Shown here piece by piece: positions 28,210 through 39,693 of a DNA stretch of 64,000 nucleotides. The DNA is taken from NCBI GenBank assembly GCA_963778115.1, contig CAVZSV010000007.1, positions 151,175 to 215,174 on the forward strand, written 5' to 3'. The translations under genes and the position numbers were made by a program. Below the pieces are notes generated by a model, which had not been told where the DNA came from, did not search any database, and saw only the letters and a list, made by a program, of their open reading frames with translations. The DNA comes from an uncultured delta proteobacterium. Lineage in GTDB: Bacteria > Bdellovibrionota > FAC87 > UBA2466. Numbering within the stretch: the stretch's first letter is position 1; each line of letters starts with the position of its first letter.

Positions 28210-31200
28210 TTGAATGCCGATTTTACACATCTTCATCTTCACACACAGTACAGCTTATTAGACGGAGCGATCCGCCTAGACGATCTTTTTGAAGCCGCCG
28301 TCGCCGATAAGATGGATGCTGTGGCCATTACCGATCACGGCAACATGTTTGGCGCTCTTGATTTTTACACCAAAGCCAAAGAGCACGGGATAAAACCCAT
28401 CCTGGGCTGTGAAGTCTATATGGCCCCGGGAAGTCGGCTCATCAAACAGGCCGGTTTCGCGAATGATGATGAAGTGGCTCCTTACGCCACCTGCCGGTCC
28501 GGCATGCATCACCTCAATCTGCTGTGCATGAACGAAATCGGCTACCGCAACCTCTGCAAATTGGTCAGCATAGGATATCTCGAAGGCTTTTATTACCGCC
28601 CTCGCATCGACAAAGAGGTGTTGGCCAAATACTCCGAGGGGCTTATTGCGACCTCCGCCTGCATGAAAGGAGAGGTGGCCCATTTAAGTCTGTTGGGTGA
28701 CATGGATCGCGCTCAGGCAGCCCTGGAAAGCTATCTTAAGATCTTTCCCGGGCGCTTTTATTTGGAGATAGAACAGAACGGTCTGCCTCAGCAGATGGTT
28801 ATCAACCAGCGATTTCAAGAGTTGGCTTCCAAGTGGAAGGTGCCTTTGATCGCAACGGCCGATTGCCATTACATCAAGAAAGAGGACGCTTTCAGCCAAG
28901 AGGTCTTGCTTTGTATCCAAACCGGAAAACAGATGGAGTCGATGGACCGATCCAACCTCAAGACTGACGAATTTTATTTCAAACCTCAGTCCACGATGAA
29001 AGAGGAGTTCTCCTTCTGCCCCGAGGCCATTTCCAACACCATGGAGATCGCCAAGCAATGCAATTTTGAATTCCAGTTTAACGACGAGCGCGGAAAGAAG
29101 ATTTACCACTACCCTAAGTTTGATCCTCCTCAGGGAAAGACTCCGGTCGACTACCTCAACGAACTTTCTCGAGAAGGATTAGAAAGGCGACTTCAAGAAA
29201 CGTCTGAAATGCTTCAAAAGGTATTTTCAGACGAGGATAAGGCGAAATATAACGCCCGGCTGGAGCGGGAACTCGGTGTTATCAACGAGATGGGATTCAC
29301 CGGATACTTTCTCATCGTGTCGGATTTCATTAAGTACGCCAAAGATCACGATATCCCTGTAGGCCCCGGTCGCGGATCCGGAGCAGGGAGTCTTGTGGCA
29401 TATGTGCTTCGCATTACCGAACTCGACCCCTTGGAACATCAACTTCTTTTTGAGCGGTTCCTTAATCCCGAACGCGTAAGTCTTCCCGACTTTGACATCG
29501 ATTTCTGCATGGATAAGCGGGACAAGGTGATCGAGTACGTTTCTCAAAAGTACGGCAAGGATTGTGTCGCGCAAATTATCACCTTTGGAAAGCTCCAAGC
29601 TCGGGGTGTCATTCGTGACGTCGGTCGCGTCTTTGGAATGCCAGTCCCCGACGTAGCTCGAATTGCCATGCTCGTTCCGGAGACCTTAAACATCACGATC
29701 GAAGAGGCTTTAGCCCAAGAGCCAAGACTGAAACAACTGGTCGATAAAGACCCCCACATCGCGGAACTGATAAAGATTTGCCAATCGCTAGAAGGCCTTT
29801 CAAGACATGCTTCCATTCATGCGGCAGGACTAGTTATCTCCAACCGTCCGATGGTGGAACACGTCGCCCTTTATCGCGGTAAGAATGACGAAATGGTCAT
29901 TCAATTCGACATGAACAATGCCGATAAGATTGGCCTCATTAAATTCGACTTTCTGGGACTAAAGACGCTGACCTTCTTGGAGCACGCCGAAAAGCTCGTG
30001 AACCTGCGCCATCCCGAAGCCAATTTTCGGTTGTCTCATATCCCACTGACCGACAAACCCATGTACGAACTGCTCGCCAAAGGGGATACCTTCGGCATAT
30101 TCCAAATGGAAAGTTCGGGCATGCAAGATTTAATGCGTAGACTTAGGCCCTCCGTTTTCGGAGATATTGTCGCTATCAACGCTTTATACCGCCCAGGGCC
30201 CATGGGTAGCGGCATGCTAGATGACTTCATCGCTCGTAAGAATGGAGAGGTCTCCATTACGTACGAATTCGACGATTTGATACCCATTCTGCAGGAGACA
30301 TACGGTGTTATCGTCTATCAGGAGCAGGTACAGCAGATCTCGATGAAGCTTGCTAGTTACACCGCGGGTGGTGCCGACCTTTTACGTCGAGCCATGGGTA
30401 AGAAAAAGGCCGAGGAGATGGCAAAGCAAAAAGCCGTTTTCTTGGAAGGCGCGCTTAAGAACAACTACGATAAAGTTAAGGCCGAAAAAATTTTCGATCT
30501 GATGGAAAAGTTTGCGGGCTATGGATTTAACAAATCTCATGCGGCTGCCTATTCTTTGGTAACCGTTCATACGGCCTATCTCAAAACTCACTATACGGTT
30601 GAATTTTTTGCCACTCTGCTTTCGATAGAACGTGAAAACACGGAAAAGATAACAAAGTACATTGCCGACGCCGTAAGACACGGGATAGAAATTATTGCTC
30701 CCGATATTAATGAGTCCGAAACCGATTTCACGGTAGTTTCAGAGAAGCAGATTCGTTTTGGACTAGGTGCCGTTAAAGGAGTGGGCCAGATCGCTATCGA
30801 CTCGGTTCTGGAGGCTCGCAAAAAGGGAGGACCCTTTTCTGACTTGTGGGATCTTTGTGCACGCTCCAGTACCAGAACCACCAATAAGCGAGTGCTGGAG
30901 GCCTTCGTCAAAGCGGGAGCTCTCGATAGCTTTGGCGCTAACCGCGCTAGCCTCTTTAAGGCGATAGACGAAGCTTTGGAATTAGGAACCGCTCAACAGA
31001 AGATCCGCGATGATAAGCAAAACAGCTTCGCTGATATATTCGGCCTCGACGACTCCAGCTTTTCCGTTCGTAAGGTGGCTTATCCTACCGAAAAGCCGTG
31101 GCCCAGGCTTACGGAACTCAAATATGAGAAAGACACCGTAGGATTTTTCGTAACGGGCCATCCCTTGGACGATTTCGACAAGGAACTTTCTCGCTATACC

Positions 31201-31770
31201 ACAGGAACCATAGGCGACTGCTTTCGCACGGGCTCCAGCAAAGAGGTTTTTATCGGGGCCGACGTCATAGCCCTTCGAGAGATCATCACCAAAAAGGGCG
31301 ACCGGATGGCCTTTGTGACTTTGGGAGACAAGACAGACCAGATCGAAGCAGTGGTCTTCTCCGATATGTTCCTCGAGAATGAAGCAACTTGGAAAAGCGG
31401 AGAACCCCTTTGGGTGAGAGCGACGGTTGAAGTCAGCGGTAATGGCAATAAGCTGATGATGTCCAAAAAGAGCCACTCGAAGGTTTTGCCCCTTCGCTAT
31501 GCTTACGAAGCGCTGGCCAGAGAGATCCACTTACATTTGCCGACAGGTCCGGATAAAGCCCTTATTCCCGCAGAAAAGCTTTCGCGCTTTAATAGTTATC
31601 TCCAATCGGTTGCCGACAAAAGCGGAGTGCCTGTCTACGTTCATGTTAATGTGGAGGGAAAGGCGACCACAGTGATGCGAATGAAACAAGTAGTCCCTTT
31701 GAAACGAGAAACGGTAAACTATATTCAATCCCTTTGGGCAGAGGAGAATGTCCGTGTCGATTTCCGCTAA
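28210..31770 (+). CDS. dnaE: DNA polymerase III alpha subunit
   Basis: ORF track; PHP-domain start HLHLHTQYSLLDG; 1186 aa. Confidence 0.95.
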   Translation: MNADFTHLHLHTQYSLLDGAIRLDDLFEAAVADKMDAVAITDHGNMFGALDFYTKAKEHGIKPILGCEVYMAPGSRLIKQAGFANDDEVAPYATCRSGMHHLNLLCMNEIGYRNLCKLVSIGYLEGFYYRPRIDKEVLAKYSEGLIATSACMKGEVAHLSLLGDMDRAQAALESYLKIFPGRFYLEIEQNGLPQQMVINQRFQELASKWKVPLIATADCHYIKKEDAFSQEVLLCIQTGKQMESMDRSNLKTDEFYFKPQSTMKEEFSFCPEAISNTMEIAKQCNFEFQFNDERGKKIYHYPKFDPPQGKTPVDYLNELSREGLERRLQETSEMLQKVFSDEDKAKYNARLERELGVINEMGFTGYFLIVSDFIKYAKDHDIPVGPGRGSGAGSLVAYVLRITELDPLEHQLLFERFLNPERVSLPDFDIDFCMDKRDKVIEYVSQKYGKDCVAQIITFGKLQARGVIRDVGRVFGMPVPDVARIAMLVPETLNITIEEALAQEPRLKQLVDKDPHIAELIKICQSLEGLSRHASIHAAGLVISNRPMVEHVALYRGKNDEMVIQFDMNNADKIGLIKFDFLGLKTLTFLEHAEKLVNLRHPEANFRLSHIPLTDKPMYELLAKGDTFGIFQMESSGMQDLMRRLRPSVFGDIVAINALYRPGPMGSGMLDDFIARKNGEVSITYEFDDLIPILQETYGVIVYQEQVQQISMKLASYTAGGADLLRRAMGKKKAEEMAKQKAVFLEGALKNNYDKVKAEKIFDLMEKFAGYGFNKSHAAAYSLVTVHTAYLKTHYTVEFFATLLSIERENTEKITKYIADAVRHGIEIIAPDINESETDFTVVSEKQIRFGLGAVKGVGQIAIDSVLEARKKGGPFSDLWDLCARSSTRTTNKRVLEAFVKAGALDSFGANRASLFKAIDEALELGTAQQKIRDDKQNSFADIFGLDDSSFSVRKVAYPTEKPWPRLTELKYEKDTVGFFVTGHPLDDFDKELSRYTTGTIGDCFRTGSSKEVFIGADVIALREIITKKGDRMAFVTLGDKTDQIEAVVFSDMFLENEATWKSGEPLWVRATVEVSGNGNKLMMSKKSHSKVLPLRYAYEALAREIHLHLPTGPDKALIPAEKLSRFNSYLQSVADKSGVPVYVHVNVEGKATTVMRMKQVVPLKRETVNYIQSLWAEENVRVDFR

Positions 31771-32860
31771 AATCAAAATAAGAGCGATTTCGTTGATATC
31801 GTTGATAGTCTTCCTATCTCAGGCTTCCACCTTCGCCGATGGGGTGACTTTCAACCAGACCGCGCCTGACCCAGGCGGAAATCCCGACGCCCAAACGGGG
31901 CTCATCGCGGGACTCAAGCTCAAAGCGATTAGCGAGTACTTACAAAACTACTTGGGTAGCCGCTATAGCTCGGTCGAAAAGTTTATCAATCATGACTTCG
32001 CTGAAAGATACATCTTGGATTACAAAGTCGGCAGGACCGCCGATCGCACGCAATTGCAAGTCGTCGGTAATTTGGACAGTGATGGACTGAAACGTTGGCT
32101 AAGGACGCTCGATGTTAAAACTCGAGGTAGCTCCCTCACCCCGTTTTTAGTCCTAAGTTCCTCGGTTCCCAACCTTCCTTACGCTATCACCGATACTTCG
32201 CAGCGGATTAAGGATAGTAGTCTGGCCCAAACTCTTCTCGCCGAGGTAAACACGAAGCTTCAGAAGGTCAACATCCGGCTCGGGACCGCCGACCTGTCTC
32301 ACCTTGGACTGAAGCAGCCCCCCATGAGTGATACCGATATCAAAACCCTTCGCGACCAGACCGGAGGCAATAGCTGTATTTGGGTCCAGTTCCAACCTTG
32401 CAAGACTTGCGGTGGGATGCGGATGGACTTGTATTTTTACAACTTAACGCAAGGCAGAAGGCTCTTGTCACGAAGCGACGACCTCATTTTAACGGCGGCC
32501 GATCTGGCGGACAAAACAAAAATTCGCGCAGTTCTTAGGACGCCTATTGAACAATTTCAAAGCGACGTTGAAGAACTAGTCTCCTCGGGCATGCTCACCA
32601 GTAGCTCCTACGACCTTACCGTCGAACAAGTAGACTCCTACCGAACCTACAAACAGATAGAGGCTTCCCTGGGCCGGTTAGATTTCATTGTGCAGGCCGT
32701 CCTTAACCGTAGCGAGCCCAAAGTGGCGGGATTTCAGGTGCTCTCTCCTTTATCCGCGCAGGAATTATCGCAACGGTTAGCTCAAGAAAACTTTGCCGGT
32801 TTTCATCTAAAGCCGGTGCGCGTTGATTCAAAGTCCCTCGTTGTGAGATACTCTGAATAG
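31748..32860 (+). CDS. hypothetical secreted protein
   Basis: ORF track; start overlaps dnaE 3' end by 23 nt; signal-peptide-like N-terminus. Confidence 0.6.
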   Translation: MSVSISAKIKIRAISLISLIVFLSQASTFADGVTFNQTAPDPGGNPDAQTGLIAGLKLKAISEYLQNYLGSRYSSVEKFINHDFAERYILDYKVGRTADRTQLQVVGNLDSDGLKRWLRTLDVKTRGSSLTPFLVLSSSVPNLPYAITDTSQRIKDSSLAQTLLAEVNTKLQKVNIRLGTADLSHLGLKQPPMSDTDIKTLRDQTGGNSCIWVQFQPCKTCGGMRMDLYFYNLTQGRRLLSRSDDLILTAADLADKTKIRAVLRTPIEQFQSDVEELVSSGMLTSSSYDLTVEQVDSYRTYKQIEASLGRLDFIVQAVLNRSEPKVAGFQVLSPLSAQELSQRLAQENFAGFHLKPVRVDSKSLVVRYSE

Positions 32861-32902
32861 ACGGTTTCTCTTCCCTTACTCTACCCCCCAAAGGAGGCTC
32901 AC

Positions 32903-33844
32903 GTGAAAACGTCAGCCGGTATTTGCGCTCTATTCTGCACTGTATTATTTTTATCCTCCTGCAGCAACCTCATCACTCCCGTTGATGATGAGGCGATAAG
33001 CAAAGTAGCCACCGCTCCGTCCGACGCGATTCCCGTACCTAAGAAAAAATTATTGGTCCTTCGCTTTATCAACAAAAGCCACACAGGAGGAGATGCATTG
33101 GCCTATTACGCCACAGATAAAATCTCCTCAGCTTTTCACGATGACGATGGCTTGGTTCTGGTTCCTTCCAAAGATGTGGAGGGTAACGAAACGTTTCTTA
33201 ACGAAGTCGGCGATTACGATCTCGCTCAAATCCTGTCGTCAGCGCGCAGCCACAATATCTCAGGCATCCTTTTAGGCACGATTCAAAACGTCGCCGTTCG
33301 TCAGGCAGGCGAAGAGGCGGGTCTTTTTCGCATGCGAGAGTATACCGTCGATGCCACGGTTCACGTTCAATTGATAGACGCCGCCACGGGGCGCGAAATC
33401 TTCTCGAAACTAGGAACGGCCCAGGTGTCCGAAGAGCACACGGAATTTCTCAATGACCGCTCACTCTCCAGTTTCGATAGCGAGCACGGGCAAAGTGCAG
33501 TGTCGCGGGCCATCGATAAAGTGACGCCCGATCTTCCTCTTTTTGCGCATAAGCTTTCTTGGAGTGGCAGAATTGCGAAAGTAGACTTACGTCGATATTA
33601 TATTAATGCAGGAGAACAGACCGGGTTAACTCGGGGACAGATTCTAAAAGTCTTCGATGATAGCCAGCCCGTTTACGATCCTGACAGTCACGCTCTTTTA
33701 GGACTAGCACCAGGGCGCTTTAAGGGCCTTCTTAAAGTGGTCGACTATTTTGGGTCAGATGGTGCGGTTGCCATTTTGTATTCCGGCGGCGGCTTTAAAG
33801 AGCGCGACCGAGTCGAATACTTTTCTTCTACTCAGGACAAATAA
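32903..33844 (+). CDS. hypothetical lipoprotein
   Basis: ORF track; AAGGAGG Shine-Dalgarno; signal peptide with lipobox LSSC. Confidence 0.7.
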   Translation: MKTSAGICALFCTVLFLSSCSNLITPVDDEAISKVATAPSDAIPVPKKKLLVLRFINKSHTGGDALAYYATDKISSAFHDDDGLVLVPSKDVEGNETFLNEVGDYDLAQILSSARSHNISGILLGTIQNVAVRQAGEEAGLFRMREYTVDATVHVQLIDAATGREIFSKLGTAQVSEEHTEFLNDRSLSSFDSEHGQSAVSRAIDKVTPDLPLFAHKLSWSGRIAKVDLRRYYINAGEQTGLTRGQILKVFDDSQPVYDPDSHALLGLAPGRFKGLLKVVDYFGSDGAVAILYSGGGFKERDRVEYFSSTQDK

Positions 33845-33846
33845 CT

Positions 33847-34446
33847 TTGCGACGAACTATCCCGACGCTTCTAACCATCCTAAGACTATTGCTTTGCCCG
33901 CTGGTCATTTATGAATTTCTTGAGGGGCATCGCGGGGTAGCGATAATACTTTTTATTTTTTCCGCAGCTACCGATCTTTTCGACGGCCATTTGGCCCGTA
34001 AATGGAATGTCGTTTCCGATATCGGCGCTTTCCTCGATCCTTTAGTGGATAAACTCTTTGCGTTAAGTCTCTTCTCTTTACTGATGTATTACGGAATCTG
34101 CCCGATGTGGTTTTTAGGCCTTTCGATTTCGATTACTCTACTTCAGTGCTTCGGATATTCGATGCTACGTTTTAGTCGAGGATCCTGTCTAAAAGCATCA
34201 ACCTCGTCGCTGGGTAAATGGAGTTCTGCCATCCAAGCGAGTTGGATAGGCTTATTGCTCTTGGCACTAACCCTCTCCGGCCAATTCGAATCTTCTTTCC
34301 TGCTCGCAGGAACTTTGAACCTCTTTTACGCCAGTATCGCGCTGTTACAGATTCTCGTCTTAGCCTCCTACTTTTTACAGTTTCGAAGTTTCCTACTACC
34401 CGATGTGCTGCGGTTTCCTCTCCGCGGTATCGCTACCGAAGATTGA
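33847..34446 (+). CDS. pgsA: CDP-alcohol phosphatidyltransferase (PgsA-like)
   Basis: ORF track; motif DLFDGHLARKWNVVSDIGAFLDPLVDK. Confidence 0.8.
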   Translation: MRRTIPTLLTILRLLLCPLVIYEFLEGHRGVAIILFIFSAATDLFDGHLARKWNVVSDIGAFLDPLVDKLFALSLFSLLMYYGICPMWFLGLSISITLLQCFGYSMLRFSRGSCLKASTSSLGKWSSAIQASWIGLLLLALTLSGQFESSFLLAGTLNLFYASIALLQILVLASYFLQFRSFLLPDVLRFPLRGIATED

Positions 34447-34477
34447 CCCCCTCTTCGCAAAAGATTAACTTCATTCC

Positions 34478-35128
34478 ATGGCTGTCGTGACATGGAAAAC
34501 TAGCATCCATAGGGGAGTCCCTTTCACCAGTCTCGAAGCCATCCAAAAGGAATGTATCGAGCGGGTAAGGAAAGAGCCCGGGGAAGCCCATTTACTCCTG
34601 TCGGAACCTCAGTCGACCTTCACCCACGGATTGTTCGCGAACCAAGATGATCTCCTCTGGCGCCATTCGCAACTGCAACACCATCAGGTGGCTGTCCATT
34701 CCGCAAGCCGTGGAGGAAAGTGGACCTACCATGGACCGGGTCAGATTGTAATCTATCCCATCGTATCGGTTCGGCGCTTAGGCTACGACCGACGCGCCGT
34801 ATATCAATTAATGAACGATCTCAGGCACGGGGTTGCCTCTGGACTTACTTCCTTAGGCCTTTCTCCCCAAACGAAGGATCGCCCTTTTGGGGTGTATGTG
34901 GGTGAAGGCAAGATCGCTTCCTTTGGAATGGCGCTGCACGACGGGATCTCATCTAATGGAGTCGCTATCTACCTAGAGAATCAGTCCCGCTACTTTCAAG
35001 GCATCCATCCTTGCGGGGTGGCCCAAGAAAAGGTGACCTCTCTGACGCAGGAAGGAATTGCGCAAGATTGGGAAACTATTGCACTCGTCCTGGCCGAGCA
35101 CGTTAAAAAAGGTTTCAAATCTGCCTAA
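34478..35128 (+). CDS. lipB: octanoyltransferase (lipoate-protein ligase B)
   Basis: ORF track; RGGKWTYHGPGQ signature. Confidence 0.85.
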   Translation: MAVVTWKTSIHRGVPFTSLEAIQKECIERVRKEPGEAHLLLSEPQSTFTHGLFANQDDLLWRHSQLQHHQVAVHSASRGGKWTYHGPGQIVIYPIVSVRRLGYDRRAVYQLMNDLRHGVASGLTSLGLSPQTKDRPFGVYVGEGKIASFGMALHDGISSNGVAIYLENQSRYFQGIHPCGVAQEKVTSLTQEGIAQDWETIALVLAEHVKKGFKSA

Positions 35129-35173
35129 AACTGGCTACGCTGTCCTCTCGTTTTTGACTATAAGGAGATCCAC

Positions 35174-36244
35174 ATGACAGAAACTTCAACTCCCTCGGGA
35201 CCGACTGGCAGCCCCGGCAACTCAAATCTTGCCATCTATGCCATCTGCGTCGTCGCGGGACTTGCGATCGGAATTCTAGGCACGATGCTGATTAATGGCA
35301 GCAGATCGGGCGGTGACGATCCTGTGGTTGCAGAGTACAACGGAAAATCGATCCGAGCTTCGGAAGCCTTCCGACAAGTAAAAAGCCGTATATTTGAATT
35401 AGAAGACGAACTCTTTCGGACCAAAGAGCAGGCGATCAATGAAGTGATCGAACAGCGGTTGCTAGAGACCGAAGCGAAGAAACAAAATCTACCCATCGAA
35501 CAGCTGGTTCAAAAAGAGGTCGGTGGACCTGACACGGTGGAGGACAAAGACATCGAAGAGTTCCTCACCTCCAAGGGTTTAAGCCTCAATGATCCTCGCA
35601 TTCGTAAAGACGACGTCCGCGAGTATTTGAAGTATCGAAAACAATTTGACCGGCGCCAAGCTTACTTGAATAAGCTTAAGGCCACCGCCAACGTAAAGCT
35701 TAAGATCGAAGAGCCTACGGCTCCGAAGGTAACGGTTAACACCGATGGCTACCCCACCTGGGGAAATGCAAAAGCGCCGGTTACGATCGTCGAATTTTCG
35801 GATTTCCAGTGTCCTTTCTGTTCACGAGCGATTCCCACGGTAGATCGGATTAAAAAAGAATATGGTCCGGACAAAGTCCGCATCGTATTCATGGATATGC
35901 CGTTGCCAGCCCATCCGCGTGCCAATCCAGCGGCTTTGGCGGGACACTGTGCTAACGAACAAGGAAAGTTCTGGGAACTTCACGATGTTCTCTTTAAGAA
36001 CCAAACGAAGCTTGAAGATAGTGATTTGAAAGATCACGCCAAAGCGATTGGTCTCGATATGGCGAAGTTTGATGATTGCTTCAGCAAGAAGAAGTATCAA
36101 GACGCCATCGAAAAGAGCAAGAAAGAGGCCGAGAAGGCAGGCATCCAAGCCACCCCCTCTTTCCTCATCAACGGAACGCTCATGCAAGGGGCGCAACCGT
36201 TTGAGAAGTTCAAAGAAAAGATCGATAGCGCCATTAAGGGTTGA
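35174..36244 (+). CDS. DsbA-family thiol:disulfide oxidoreductase, membrane-anchored
   Basis: ORF track; N-terminal TM; CPFC active site in thioredoxin-fold context. Confidence 0.85.
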   Translation: MTETSTPSGPTGSPGNSNLAIYAICVVAGLAIGILGTMLINGSRSGGDDPVVAEYNGKSIRASEAFRQVKSRIFELEDELFRTKEQAINEVIEQRLLETEAKKQNLPIEQLVQKEVGGPDTVEDKDIEEFLTSKGLSLNDPRIRKDDVREYLKYRKQFDRRQAYLNKLKATANVKLKIEEPTAPKVTVNTDGYPTWGNAKAPVTIVEFSDFQCPFCSRAIPTVDRIKKEYGPDKVRIVFMDMPLPAHPRANPAALAGHCANEQGKFWELHDVLFKNQTKLEDSDLKDHAKAIGLDMAKFDDCFSKKKYQDAIEKSKKEAEKAGIQATPSFLINGTLMQGAQPFEKFKEKIDSAIKG

Positions 36245-36269
36245 TAACCCTTTATGGTAAAAAATTAGA

Positions 36270-36301
36270 AAGCCCGGGCCGAAAGGCCTGGGCTTTTTTT
36301 T
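36270..36301 (+). terminator. rho-independent terminator closing the ltaE-to-dsbA co-directional block
   Basis: 11-bp stem aagcccgggcc / ggcctgggctt with one G-U pair and gaaa tetraloop, followed by T8. Confidence 0.85.
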
Positions 36302-36443
36302 CCGGTAAGTAAAACTCCCTCACCGTCGGAACAAAAAGTGCTCCCCCTCTTACCAACCTGGTTGGGAGGGGGTGGATGGACCAATAACGCCGAAGGCGCT
36401 CCTTTAATTCGATATAAATGCAAAGACAAGATTGAGGATGAGA

Positions 36444-38132
36444 TTAAATTCTCGCTTCGCGAGAGTTCCTAGACTTTAATTTCAATGCTGCCCGAGCCGA
36501 ACGGACCGCCGTCTTTGGATTTTTCTTCCCTCTTTGCAGCGAAAAAGAAAGCGAAGCTTTTACAAAGCCAACAAACAGAGGATGAGGCAAGAACGGTTTC
36601 GATTTGAATTCAGGATGAAACTGGCAGCCCAAAAACCACGGATGGTTTTCAAGCTCAATCATCTCCACCAAATTCAGCTCAGGATTGATTCCCGAAATGC
36701 TAAGTCCGTTCTGCGATAAAATTTGGCGGTAGTGGTTGTTCACTTCATAGCGATGGCGATGGCGCTCCGTGATTTCGCCTTTCCGATAGGTCTCGGCCAC
36801 TAGCGAGTTGGGCGTGAGCTTACACACATACGACCCTAACCTCATGCTGCCGCCGATCTTGTCCACCCGGCGCTGCTCTTCCATCAGATCGATGACAAAT
36901 TCACCCGTATTAGAAAACTCTCGACTCGTTGCCTTGGTGAGCCCGCACACATGCCTGGCGAACTCAATGATGGCAAGTTGCAAACCGATACAAATTCCAA
37001 AATAGGGGATCTTATTTTTCCGCGCGTATTCAATGGCTCGGATCTTTCCTTCGACTCCCCGATTTCCAAAACCTCCAGGAACCAGAATGCCAGAAACTGA
37101 AGACAGGACTTCGTCTACATTTCCCTTTTCTAGTTTTTCCGAGTCGATAAAGCGTACCGACACTTTGCACTGATTCGCTATTCCGCCATGAACGAGCGCT
37201 TCCGTAACACTCTTATAGGATTCAGTAAGATCTACGTACTTACCCACGACACCTATCTCAATCGGACCAAATTTGGGAGAAGCGATCGTATCTACAATCT
37301 TTGCCCATTTATCCAAACCGCGGGCGCGGGTTCTCATCCCTAGTCGCTTACAAATTTTTTCGTCCAGCCCTTGTTCGTAAAACACGAGCGGTACCTCATA
37401 GATGTCCTTGACGTCTTTGGCCGTAATCACGTTGTCGGCTTTGATATTGCAAAACAGAGCGATTTTGGAGCGAATCTCAGGAGGCAAAATCCGGTCGGTA
37501 CGGCAAAGCAAGAAATCGGGTTGAATTCCAATCTCTCGAAGCTTTTGAACACTATGCTGGGTTGGCTTTGTTTTAAGCTCGCCGCTGAGACCCAAATAAG
37601 GAACTAAGGTCAGGTGGATAAAAACCACATTCTCTTCGCCCACATCGGAGCGAAACTGACGAATCGCTTCTAAAAACGGCAAAGATTCGATATCACCCAC
37701 GGTCCCACCGATCTCAATAATGGTGAGGTCCTTACCTTTAGAGACACGATGGATGCGCTCTTTAATTTCGTCGGTAATGTGGGGGATGACCTGAACGGTG
37801 CCTCCCAAGTACTCACCGCGCCGCTCTTTGGCTATTACCGTCTCGTATACCTGTCCCGCGGTGATACTATTTTCTCGCTTCAAATTGACGTTGGTAAATC
37901 TCTCATAGTGGCCCAAGTCGAGATCGGTCTCAGCTCCGTCTTCTGTTACAAAAACCTCACCATGCTGGAAAGGATTCATGGTTCCGGGATCGATATTCAG
38001 ATAGGGATCCATCTTCATAAGGGTAATTTTAAGTCCCCTATTCTCCATCAGCGCACCGATGGAAGCAGAGGATAACCCTTTACCTAATGAGGAGAGAACT
38101 CCTCCGGTCACGAAAATGTACCTATTCTTCAT
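36444..38132 (-). CDS. pyrG: CTP synthase
   Basis: ORF track; N-terminal [15 protein letters not shown] signature and glutamine amidotransferase C-domain. Confidence 0.95.
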   Translation of the reverse strand: MKNRYIFVTGGVLSSLGKGLSSASIGALMENRGLKITLMKMDPYLNIDPGTMNPFQHGEVFVTEDGAETDLDLGHYERFTNVNLKRENSITAGQVYETVIAKERRGEYLGGTVQVIPHITDEIKERIHRVSKGKDLTIIEIGGTVGDIESLPFLEAIRQFRSDVGEENVVFIHLTLVPYLGLSGELKTKPTQHSVQKLREIGIQPDFLLCRTDRILPPEIRSKIALFCNIKADNVITAKDVKDIYEVPLVFYEQGLDEKICKRLGMRTRARGLDKWAKIVDTIASPKFGPIEIGVVGKYVDLTESYKSVTEALVHGGIANQCKVSVRFIDSEKLEKGNVDEVLSSVSGILVPGGFGNRGVEGKIRAIEYARKNKIPYFGICIGLQLAIIEFARHVCGLTKATSREFSNTGEFVIDLMEEQRRVDKIGGSMRLGSYVCKLTPNSLVAETYRKGEITERHRHRYEVNNHYRQILSQNGLSISGINPELNLVEMIELENHPWFLGCQFHPEFKSKPFLPHPLFVGFVKASLSFSLQRGKKNPKTAVRSARAALKLKSRNSREARI

Positions 38133-38195
38133 TATCTGATGTCCTTAGCCATTGCCTGGGCTTTATAAAGTTCTTCTGTCTAAATTTCGATCATT

Positions 38196-38963
38196 CTACC
38201 TCTTGGTCCCGTCCTGAGAAAAGCTCGATGACGGATTTTTTGATTTCAAATAATTTTCGACGCGCGCAATGTCAGCCGGAACATCTACGGCAATCGTATC
38301 GCCACTGACCGGAATGACTTTAATCGCAACCCCGTGTTCCAGGGCGCGCAACTGTTCCAGCCTCTCGCTCCGTTCCAACGCCGAAGGCTCCCATTCACAC
38401 AGTTGGAGAAGGGTTTCTCGCCGGTACGCGTAAATTCCGATGTGCTTGTAAAAGCGGTTCTCCCTATCCCAGGCCAAAGGACAGCGAGAAAAGTAAAGGG
38501 CCCTACCCTTTTCGTCAAAAACAGCTTTCACTACATTAGAATCGTTTAACTCCTGCTCACTTTGTTTGCGAACGACCAGTGTCGCCATTCCCCATTGGGG
38601 CTCCGACCGAAGCGTGTTCACAAGTTCATCAACCGCTTCAGCCGAAAGCAAAGGTTCATCCCCCTGCAAATTAACGATGATCGAAGCCGACGCCGTTTTC
38701 GCAACGATCGCAACTCTGTCGCTTCCGCTGGGACACTCGCTGGGGGTCATGACCGCATTTCCGCCAAAGGAGTTCACCACCTCAATAATTTTATCGCTAT
38801 CGGTGGCAACCACAACGTCACTCAATAAACGACAGCGTTTAGCCGCTTCCCAGACGTGCTGGACAAGAGTTTTACCCGCGATGGGCGCTAGAATTTTGAG
38901 GGGAAATCGGGTCGAGTCGGCTCTCGCCGGAATGACTCCCAAAGCCAACAACTCGCCGTTCAT
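38196..38963 (-). CDS. kdsB: 3-deoxy-manno-octulosonate cytidylyltransferase (CMP-Kdo synthetase)
   Basis: ORF track; VIPARADSTRFPLK N-terminal signature. Confidence 0.9.
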   Translation of the reverse strand: MNGELLALGVIPARADSTRFPLKILAPIAGKTLVQHVWEAAKRCRLLSDVVVATDSDKIIEVVNSFGGNAVMTPSECPSGSDRVAIVAKTASASIIVNLQGDEPLLSAEAVDELVNTLRSEPQWGMATLVVRKQSEQELNDSNVVKAVFDEKGRALYFSRCPLAWDRENRFYKHIGIYAYRRETLLQLCEWEPSALERSERLEQLRALEHGVAIKVIPVSGDTIAVDVPADIARVENYLKSKNPSSSFSQDGTKR

Positions 38964-39040
38964 AATGTTTCAAGGATATAGCTTAGTTAGGTCACGCCGG
39001 TCAAGCGGCGCCAATAAGCAAGAGATTAACGAAGGGATAA

Positions 39041-39430
39041 TCAATACATCGAGCGAAGGCCTTCTTCCATGCACATGTCCCGAATCTGACGAATCTCGGT
39101 CACCGTTCCGTCGTTGAGGGTGAGACTCTGTCCTACGAGGGCGCGCCCATGGATCGACTGGTAGATGTCCAGAGCTTCCATGAGAGCGTGTAAGTACCTC
39201 TTCCCGTCTTCAGGAATCTGCTCCACGATCGATTGAAATTCAGAAGAGAGCGAGAGGCGCTGACTGCGGTGGTTGGCCGGGACCAACGCCCCGAGACTGA
39301 GATCCATCATGGTGGCCTGCGCCAAAGATTGAGCGCATTCCACTACGAGTCGAAGCAAGGAAAGCTCCTCTTGGTCCCGGGCGGCCAAAGATTTAAGAAC
39401 CTCGGAAATTTTAACTCTGGGTATCAACAT
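39041..39430 (-). CDS. hypothetical protein
   Basis: ORF track only; co-directional with and upstream of kdsB and pyrG. Confidence 0.5.
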   Translation of the reverse strand: MLIPRVKISEVLKSLAARDQEELSLLRLVVECAQSLAQATMMDLSLGALVPANHRSQRLSLSSEFQSIVEQIPEDGKRYLHALMEALDIYQSIHGRALVGQSLTLNDGTVTEIRQIRDMCMEEGLRSMY

Positions 39431-39693
39431 ACATCTTTCCCACTATTCATCGACGATTTTGTCGGCAAATTCTATATTTTTTTGTAGGAGATTCAACGGC
39501 GGGAGAGGCCTAAATGAAAGGCGTTTCACCATGACGCGATGTCTCATTGTGACAAAAAGAGAGCTCTCTCGCAATCCGTTATTTTTCTGACACAAGTGTC
39601 TAGGGAATAGTCAGTCCCAATCTCTTTTTTGATTGCTCATTGGGCGAAAATTGGGAACAGTAACTCCCGAGGGGAACTCTTGGGGGGGATTTT

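Noticed and set aside
28276-31530. Minus-strand ORFs of 90-182 aa inside dnaE (28276..28683, 28684..29109, 30982..31530 and others)
   Set aside because: Antisense to a highly conserved, full-length dnaE reading frame; no start context; typical shadow ORFs.
36302-36443. Imperfect hairpins downstream of pyrG as its terminator
   Set aside because: Stems are short or bulged and lack a U-run; the strong 36270-36301 hairpin with flanking A-run may instead serve both directions.
38566-39117. 183-aa plus-strand ORF
   Set aside because: Antisense to kdsB, which has a clear conserved N-terminal signature.
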